A DNA stretch of 24,000 nucleotides, from contig NZ_CP064923.1 in assembly GCF_018336915.1 (NCBI RefSeq), positions 63,693-87,692 of the forward strand, written 5' to 3'. This document shows, piece by piece, positions 23,476 through 24,000 of this stretch. The first letter of the stretch is position 1. The number at the start of each line of letters is the position of its first letter. Made by a program: the position numbers and the translations under genes. Under the pieces are notes generated by a model, which worked only from the letters and a program-made list of their open reading frames with translations, did no database searches and was not told where the DNA came from. Source of the DNA: Acaryochloris marina S15 (GTDB lineage Bacteria; Cyanobacteriota; Cyanobacteriia; Thermosynechococcales; Thermosynechococcaceae).

Positions 23476-23537
23476 TTTTGAACCTAGTTTTTTAGTTCAA
23501 ATGTCGGTCATCATCCTGCCTTACGACATTTGAACTA
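23476..23537 (+). promoter_or_regulatory. Three copies of TTTGAAC(C)TA (+,-,+) forming two mutually exclusive hairpins, one of them a perfect 14-bp stem (23493-23506 / 23524-23537)
   Basis: TAGTTCAAATGTCG and CGACATTTGAACTA are exact reverse complements separated by 17 nt. TTTGAAC at 23477-23483 can instead pair with GTTCAAA at 23496-23502. The structure lies 36 nt upstream of the OMT ATG. Confidence 0.4.
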
Positions 23538-23572
23538 TGCACACATGCCCTTATTGTTAGGAGAACATTTCC

Positions 23573-24000
23573 ATGGCCAGTAAAATTTCGGAACTCACTG
23601 ACGATAGTGGATTTATAGAATCTAATCTTTATGATTACCTGCTCTCGGTTTCCTTGCGTGAACCCCAGGTGTTAACGCAACTACGGGAAGAAACTGCTCA
23701 GTTACCCGATGGTGAAATGCAGATTGCACCGGACCAAGGGCAGTTTATGGCGTTGCTGATTAAGCTCATGGGGGTTAAAAGGATTCTCGAAATTGGCACG
23801 TTCACAGGCTATAGCAGCCTATGGATGGCCTTAGCACTCCCTGCTGATGGTTTGATCTTGACCTGCGATATCAGTAAAGAGGATACCGCGATCGCACAAC
23901 GGTATTGGCAGGCAGCAGGCATTGCCAACAAAGTGGATCTTCACCTTGCCCCAGCACTGGATACCTTAAATGATCTGTTGAGTACAGGAGCGGCTGGCAC
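23573..24000 (+). CDS. Class I SAM-dependent O-methyltransferase, family 3 (caffeoyl-CoA/catechol OMT-like, SynOMT type). The 3' end lies beyond the window.
   Basis: Not in the ORF track because no stop falls within the window. The frame is open from ATG 23573 to the window edge. LREETAQLPDGEMQIAPDQGQFMALLIKLMGVKRILEIGTFTGYSSLWMALALP matches Synechocystis Slr0095-type OMTs, recalled from memory. AGGAGA lies 8 nt upstream. Confidence 0.85.
   Translation, partial: MASKISELTDDSGFIESNLYDYLLSVSLREPQVLTQLREETAQLPDGEMQIAPDQGQFMALLIKLMGVKRILEIGTFTGYSSLWMALALPADGLILTCDISKEDTAIAQRYWQAAGIANKVDLHLAPALDTLNDLLSTGAAG

Noticed and set aside
20500-23500. An impression that the TonB receptor/FhuD region is more AT-rich than the kinase-xse-PBP block, which could indicate horizontal acquisition
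   Set aside because: I cannot quantify GC or codon bias reliably by eye. A HIP1 site lies in the 5' end of the receptor gene (19934), and no mobility genes or tRNA flanks are present. A sliding-window GC and tetranucleotide computation is needed before any claim.

Overview
The window looks like cyanobacterial chromosome. It carries 8 perfect HIP1 octamers (GCGATCGC), a Uma2/DUF820 gene, a TonB receptor with an AMIN-like N-terminus, a PchR-like AraC regulator and a Slr1192-type AdhA. I saw no rRNA, tRNA, CRISPR array, transposase or integrase.

There are three blocks:

1. 1-7479, all on the + strand. Nine small redox/detoxification genes: DUF3237-like, peroxiredoxin-like, tautomerase, Nu-class GST, Old Yellow Enzyme, quinone oxidoreductase, exported NTF2-like protein, SDR and AdhA-type aldehyde reductase. 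Three decayed copies of one module sit between them. Each copy is a stem-loop directly abutting the 3' third of a lumazine-binding NTF2-like gene.

2. 7524-16234, all on the - strand. A tightly coupled trio (72-aa protein, signal-less BtuF-like binding protein, membrane Ser/Thr kinase), a 128-aa orphan, a GPH-family MFS transporter, xseB/xseA and a class A PBP.

3. 16479-24000, + strand. tyrS, Uma2, then an iron-siderophore uptake cluster (AraC regulator, TonB-dependent receptor, FhuD-like lipoprotein) and a 3'-truncated catechol-type O-methyltransferase.

The most unusual signals are:
- the repeated hairpin/NTF2-relic junction module, which has a compensatory base-pair change;
- a 268-bp intergenic segment bounded by perfect 12-bp inverted repeats;
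- the kinase/binding-protein coupling;
- several short direct or inverted repeat operator candidates.

No recognisable defence or mobile system is present. All functional links are inference from motifs read by eye, and no database search was run.
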